Below, in pieces: positions 61,765-64,000 of a stretch of 64,000 bases of DNA. The first letter of the stretch is position 1. The number at the start of each line of letters is the position of its first letter. The stretch comes from Gracilinanus agilis (lineage: Eukaryota): contig NC_058130.1 in the NCBI RefSeq assembly GCF_016433145.1, positions 84,838,545 to 84,902,544 on the forward strand. The letters run 5' to 3'. The position numbers were made by a program, and so were the translations under genes. Under the pieces are notes generated by a model that saw only the letters and a list, made by a program, of their open reading frames with translations, made no database searches and had not been told where the DNA came from.

Positions 61765-64000
61765 GCAATTCTGGTAAACATGAAGTAAGAGTCTGAACTC
61801 TTCCTTTTTCTTGCCTTTTTTAAAGTTTTCTTTTCACATAAGCATAACTTACATGTGGTATCCCCAAAAAAGTATATATATTTATATATGTATAAAGTTC
61901 TAGGTTTCTGAGAAACTGAAATTATTGAGGAGAAACTTTGAGTGAGGTTACTTATTTTTGTGTGTGCATTTGCCAATTATTTGTTTTGGAATTTTTTGTT
62001 GTTGGGGAATGAAGCAAAAATATAAGTTAGAAGAGCAGCAAAGTAAGCAAGATAATTAGATAATAATAACTGAAATTAGAAAAGTGCATTAAAGATATAG
62101 GAGTAAGAGAGGTGACCTTCTGTTTTCTCTGTGCCTTTCTTTAATCATTTAAAAAAAGAAAAAACACAAATTAAGCTGGGCTTGGGAAGTTCAACAGAAC
62201 CACATTACCTCTACAGAGAGGTCTAAGGTAGAGACTTATTAGACAGTAACCAACAGTGTCTAATTTGGTTTTTATTGTTAACAGTTTCTAACCTTTTTGT
62301 GCGTGTTCTTGGTTTAGGATGTTTTTTGTGTGAAAATAGGAAATATACACAGTAAGAACCCAAGGATCTCTTTTTACATAGGCTGCTCATCTCTTGGGAA
62401 CAAGGGCTACTACCAAAAAAGCCAGAAATGACAAAAAACCAGGGCATTACCCTTTGTAAGAAATAATTTAAGACTATGACTACACCAGCTAGGGACCCCT
62501 TTTGATCCTGTTTTGGGTCTTTTGGCTTTAAAACATTAAGAGTTAAAATTAGCTATTGGAAATAAAACTCCCAAAGAACTATATTACTGATACATTTTGA
62601 CTGTGCTCCTTGATAAATCTACAAAGATTCAACTAAGTTTAAGTAGCCAAATTTTTAATAATTCTCCACTGCTTTTTCACATCCTTCTCATCTTATAACT
62701 GTTGTTCCCTCTCTGACCTCTCCCCCATTATCTCAGCCTGTTCCCCTTTCTATCTTTTTGGGGACCCTCTTTGCTCCTTCTCCTCTGGCCTCTCTCCCAT
62801 TGCCTTTTTTTAGGGACCCTCCCCAAAGTTTCTTCTGTCCCTCCCTTCCCTACATATTCTTTTCATCCACACTCTCTATTTCTTTTCACCATCCTGGGCA
62901 CTCCTCCACCCCACCCCCTGAGGCCTTTGCCATTTCCATCCCCCACCCCTTTCCAGGTGTATTGAGTCCTCTTTGACCACATCCTTTCATTCAGCTTCTG
63001 CTTCAGCTTCCCTGCCCACTCTCTGCACTCAGCTAACCAAGGGGAAGTCCTCACCCAGAGATGTCTCAGAATGAAGGAGGTTCATTTCCTCCTCATCTCA
63101 CCTGTCTCCACACAGATTTAAGACTCAGTAGTAGAAAATGAATCCCCTAAAGGCATTTTTGCTCTAAGGGAGGTTATCACACAGGACCTTAGAGGCAACA
63201 TGATGAGGTTAAGAAATTCCATCCCATTCTTTCCCACTAATCTCAGCATGTGGCACCAAGATATGCTTAGCTTCAACTGTGAGCCAATCATTGTTCTGAG
63301 ACAGTTTGAGGCCATATGGGGAAGTTTAAATGCAAACTGGGGTGATATAATAATGTAATGCATGCCTTACTGAGGGAGAAAGGCAATTTTTAAGACCACC
63401 AATAACTCAGAATGAGGATGGGAAACTGGCCATTACAGAACCCACAATGGGACTCCCATAATCCTAAGGACTACATGAAGTTACACCTCTGCTAAAAAAG
63501 AATGGGACTGCTCTGCTTGCCCAGAAAAATTAGCAAAAATGTGAATTTTAATTTGAAAAAAAAAAAAACCCAACTAGTTTTATGATCCAGTATACATGAC
63601 AGCTAAAAGATATGCAGTTTTCAAACCCTCTAAATCCAGTGATGCTTGTATCATAGGCACCATTGTGTGTACCATTCTTTTCCCAAAATAAAAATATTTT
63701 CACAAGCATTGTCCAGACTGGGCTATTATGAATTGTAATAGTTAAGAGTGGTTGCCAATTTATAATAATTAAATTTATGAGGCTGCTAGTAGCCAGGGGA
63801 AACGATTTATGATAGTACAAGAAACAGAAAGGGGTCTTAGAGTCTTAAGCATGGTGACTTTTTCTTCCTGGACCCTTATTCTTTACTCCCATTTATTCTA
63901 GTGTGTTCTCCCCCTAGAACAAGGCCTCATAAAACTCTTAATTTGGAAACACTTATTATGATTGTGTCTTGGACATTGGAACCTCCAAACCTGTCTTAGT
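61765..64000 (+). mobile_element. ERV1 internal region with decayed gag
   Basis: FALREVITQ...IPFFPTNLSMW...NANWGDI at ~63.15-63.36 kb resembles gamma-type CA (PF..sDL.NWK...PTW.D); proline-rich p12-like tract at 62.7-63.0 kb. Confidence 0.65.

Overview
Vertebrate genomic DNA, most likely a marsupial: the SINE, L1 and hAT families resemble opossum (Monodelphis) repeats as I recall them. It has two N-gaps. The core is a head-to-tail (+ strand) cluster of three paralogous KRAB-C2H2 zinc-finger genes: A (12.6-23.8 kb), B (33.8-44.7 kb) and C (47.8-58.3 kb). Each has a CpG-island promoter, an 8-codon first exon, a 127-bp variant KRAB-A exon, a 156/159-bp extended KRAB-B exon and a ZF exon ending in a shared LF/Y..L...DWS tail; from memory they resemble human ZNF786/ZNF425. 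Gene A has two KRAB-B exons. Gene C has a recently amplified 168-bp two-finger repeat in which two copies carry a Cys>Gly change. The left 12 kb is a decayed, env-less class I ERV whose leader+gag is inverted relative to pro-pol. It is interrupted by a young L1 5' end, two SINEs, a hAT MITE and a 2.1-kb non-autonomous LTR element with a second, different LTR inside it. Right of gene C is a composite: 18S rRNA 5' end (+), ERV gag fragment (+), internal 18S fragment (-), then LTRs and another ERV1 gag remnant. A ~4.45-kb near-identical duplication around the first gap (offset 4969 bp) is probably an assembly or haplotype artefact. All family and gene names are from recall, not database searches.
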